Source: Alphaproteobacteria bacterium
Lineage (GTDB): Bacteria; Pseudomonadota; Alphaproteobacteria; MPNO01; UBA830
Direction of reading: 5' to 3'
Assembly: GCA_964291215.2 (NCBI GenBank)
Contig: OZ219791.1
Location: forward strand, 1 to 64,000
Length of the DNA: 64,000 nucleotides
Shown here in pieces: positions 61,846 through 64,000 of this stretch. A program made the translations under genes and the position numbers. Position 1 is the first letter of the stretch; every line of letters begins with the position of its first letter. Under the pieces are notes generated by a model. The model had not been told where the DNA came from, made no database searches, and was given only the letters and a program-made list of their open reading frames with translations.

Positions 61846-62579
61846 CACGTACGCTTGCGGCCACCGTGACCCGGCTTGACGGCACAACCTCCAGCGCCGA
61901 TTTCCAGATCCGGCGGATGTACAATTTCGGCTCGGCTACACGTGACCCCGAAACGGCCGTTGCCCATCAGGAAGAGGTCGCCAAGTCCGGCATCCACATT
62001 GCCTTCGATGTCCCTGCCCCGCGCATCTATCCGATCGCGCTACACGCGCTGACCACAGACGACGAGCTTTTCGTGCAATCGCACCGCACCTCGGGTGAGG
62101 TCGAGATCGTCATCTATGTCGGCGACGAGGTCTATGTCGGCGTCGGCTCTGACCACACGGACCGTGCGCTGGAAACCGTGTCGATCCCTGGCTCGAAACA
62201 GGCCTGCGCCAATCACATGCCTCCGGTGTTTTGGCCCTACGAGGAAATCCGCGACAGTTGGGACGACTGCGTGCTTCGCAGTTGGGTCGACGGACGACTT
62301 TATCAGGAGGTCGGCGTCAACGCATTTTTGCGTCCCGAAGACATTGTGGCGCTTCTGCGTGAACGGGTCGACGATGTGCCGGACCGAGATTTCCTGATCT
62401 TCTGCGGCACCATCGTGAGCGTCGACAAGGCGCTCGGGTATGGGTCGGAATGGCGCTACGAAATCGACGCGCCCGGGGTCCGCAAGATCGAGGCGACCTA
62501 CCGCGTCGTGGATATTCTGAAGGAGGTGAAACCGGAGTTTCTCGTGCCCTTCTTCAATCCAAAACCATCTGAAGAATAA
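61842..62579 (+). CDS. DUF2848-family protein
   Basis: TSGEVE, VGVGSDHTDRALE..S..SKQAC, LYQE, FCGT. Confidence 0.8.
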   Translation: MTRTLAATVTRLDGTTSSADFQIRRMYNFGSATRDPETAVAHQEEVAKSGIHIAFDVPAPRIYPIALHALTTDDELFVQSHRTSGEVEIVIYVGDEVYVGVGSDHTDRALETVSIPGSKQACANHMPPVFWPYEEIRDSWDDCVLRSWVDGRLYQEVGVNAFLRPEDIVALLRERVDDVPDRDFLIFCGTIVSVDKALGYGSEWRYEIDAPGVRKIEATYRVVDILKEVKPEFLVPFFNPKPSEE

Positions 62580-62608
62580 GTGGAAAGTCGAAAACTGGGA
62601 GAAAAGCA

Positions 62609-64000
62609 ATGCGAATGAAACGGACCAATTTCCTGGCAACCACCGCCTTTGCGGCGATGTTGACGGCAGGTGCTGCGACAGCCGAAACGCTGATCGTCGC
62701 CTCGCCGCAGGTGCCCGAAGGCTTCGACGGCGATGCCTTGAAGGCCCACACGCAGAACGTCGTGGTGCAGACCTACGAAAACCTCGTCGTCTACGGCAAG
62801 AAGGAAGTCGATGGCCGGATGGTCAATGACCCTGGAAGCGTGGAACCGCATTTGGCCGAAAGCTGGACCATTTCGGAAGACGGCAAGACCTGGGTCTTCA
62901 AGCTCCGCGAAGGCATTATGAGCCCCCATGGCAACGAATTGACCGCTGATGACGTGGAATGGAGCTGGGCAAAATCCTTCGACCAGAAACGGACCGGCAA
63001 CTTCATCGCGCGCGTGTCCAACGTGACGAGCGTCAAGGCCATATCAAAGTACGAGGTCGAATTCACGTTGAACGCGCCAAGCTCGATCTTCCTGAAGGCT
63101 CTGACGCTCTACGTGCCGGGCATCTACGATTCGACGAAGATGAAGGAACACGCCACCGCTGACGATCCATGGGCGTTGGAGTGGATTCGGTCGAACACTG
63201 CTGGGTTTGGTGCCTATCACCTTGAATCGCTCAGACCCGACGATCAGGCTGTCTTCGTAGCAAACCCGAACTATTTCCTCGGCCAGCCGCACTTCGATCG
63301 AGTGATCTACAAGGAAGTGCCGTCCGAGGCCAGCCGGGTGACGCTCTTGAAGACCGGGCAAGTGCATCTGATCGACCGACCCTCGATCCAGAAGGTTGTT
63401 GATCTTCAAAACGATCCGAATGTGAAAGTCGACAGAGCATCGGGCCGTTCTATCGCTTCGGCGCGGATGAACCCGACCTGCGAACCTTTTGATGACGTCA
63501 GAGTGCGCCAGGCCGTCAACTACGCTGTCGACAAGGATGCCCTGAACATGGCTGTCTTTGCCGGTCAGGCGGACATCGCCAAATCCATCGTGCCGCCGAT
63601 TGTCGACGGCTATAACCCGAATCACTTCAAGTACGACTACAACCCTGAGAAAGCAAAGAAACTCCTGGCGGAAGCAGGATATCCGGACGGTATTGCCGAG
63701 CCGATCCAGCTTCTCTACGCCGACGCCTTCTGGCACCAGGAGCCGGTGGCAATCCAAATAGCCGACCAGTTGAAGAAGGTCGGGATCACCATTCAGCCGA
63801 CACGGGTGACGACATCCGAGATGCGCGCCAAAGGCTCGCCTAAAGAGCAGAGCATGTGCTTTTTCACCTGGGAAGACGGACCCATCGTCCTTGATCCGGT
63901 CTATTCGATGTACCTGATGTCGCACACAAGCGGCGTTTCGAACCGGGCGAAGTACTCCAACGCGCGGGTTGACGAGCTGATCGACAAGTCGCGCGAGGAA
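62609..64000 (+). CDS. ABC transporter substrate-binding protein, family 5 (partial, runs off the window)
   Basis: Signal peptide MRMKRTNFLATTAFAAML; PHLAESWTISEDGKTWVFKLREG, DVRVRQAVNYAVDK, YNPEKAKKLLAEAG; no stop in the window. Confidence 0.9.
   Translation, partial: MRMKRTNFLATTAFAAMLTAGAATAETLIVASPQVPEGFDGDALKAHTQNVVVQTYENLVVYGKKEVDGRMVNDPGSVEPHLAESWTISEDGKTWVFKLREGIMSPHGNELTADDVEWSWAKSFDQKRTGNFIARVSNVTSVKAISKYEVEFTLNAPSSIFLKALTLYVPGIYDSTKMKEHATADDPWALEWIRSNTAGFGAYHLESLRPDDQAVFVANPNYFLGQPHFDRVIYKEVPSEASRVTLLKTGQVHLIDRPSIQKVVDLQNDPNVKVDRASGRSIASARMNPTCEPFDDVRVRQAVNYAVDKDALNMAVFAGQADIAKSIVPPIVDGYNPNHFKYDYNPEKAKKLLAEAGYPDGIAEPIQLLYADAFWHQEPVAIQIADQLKKVGITIQPTRVTTSEMRAKGSPKEQSMCFFTWEDGPIVLDPVYSMYLMSHTSGVSNRAKYSNARVDELIDKSREE

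Noticed and set aside
1-64000. CRISPR array or cas genes
   Set aside because: No regularly spaced direct repeats with unique spacers and no Cas motifs seen.

Overview
High-GC bacterial window, probably alphaproteobacterial. A host-associated (e.g. marine sponge) lifestyle is only inferred, from the FN3 autotransporter, the RTX proteins and the IS load. Two largely intact catabolic clusters flank about 42 kb of stacked mobile DNA: ligAB-type dioxygenase + SDR + TRAP + LysR at 1.5-7.8 kb, and MmgE/PrpD, flavoprotein, CoA-ligase, GMC, TauD and ABC-SBP genes at 49.9-64 kb. The mobile region holds IS256 x2, IS66-family x2 plus a second IS66 type, IS630 x2-3, IS1634, IS30, a RIT element, an ICE/plasmid-like backbone (radC, ParB, AAA-DUF3150-DUF2201/VWA), a large serine recombinase with a GNAT/DUF1778 TA pair, a Fic gene, a giant autotransporter and an RTX protein. 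Main findings: (i) three nested group II introns inside an IS66 passenger gene, with both guest introns showing EBS1 loops complementary to the host intron; (ii) a RIT insertion whose exact 6-bp core, extra palindrome and split target ORF can be reconstructed; (iii) two long poly-C tracts positioned as translational and promoter phase-variation switches; (iv) a pervasive 5-9 bp microhomology-flanked deletion signature in unselected DNA. All product calls come from motif recognition by eye; no database searches were run.
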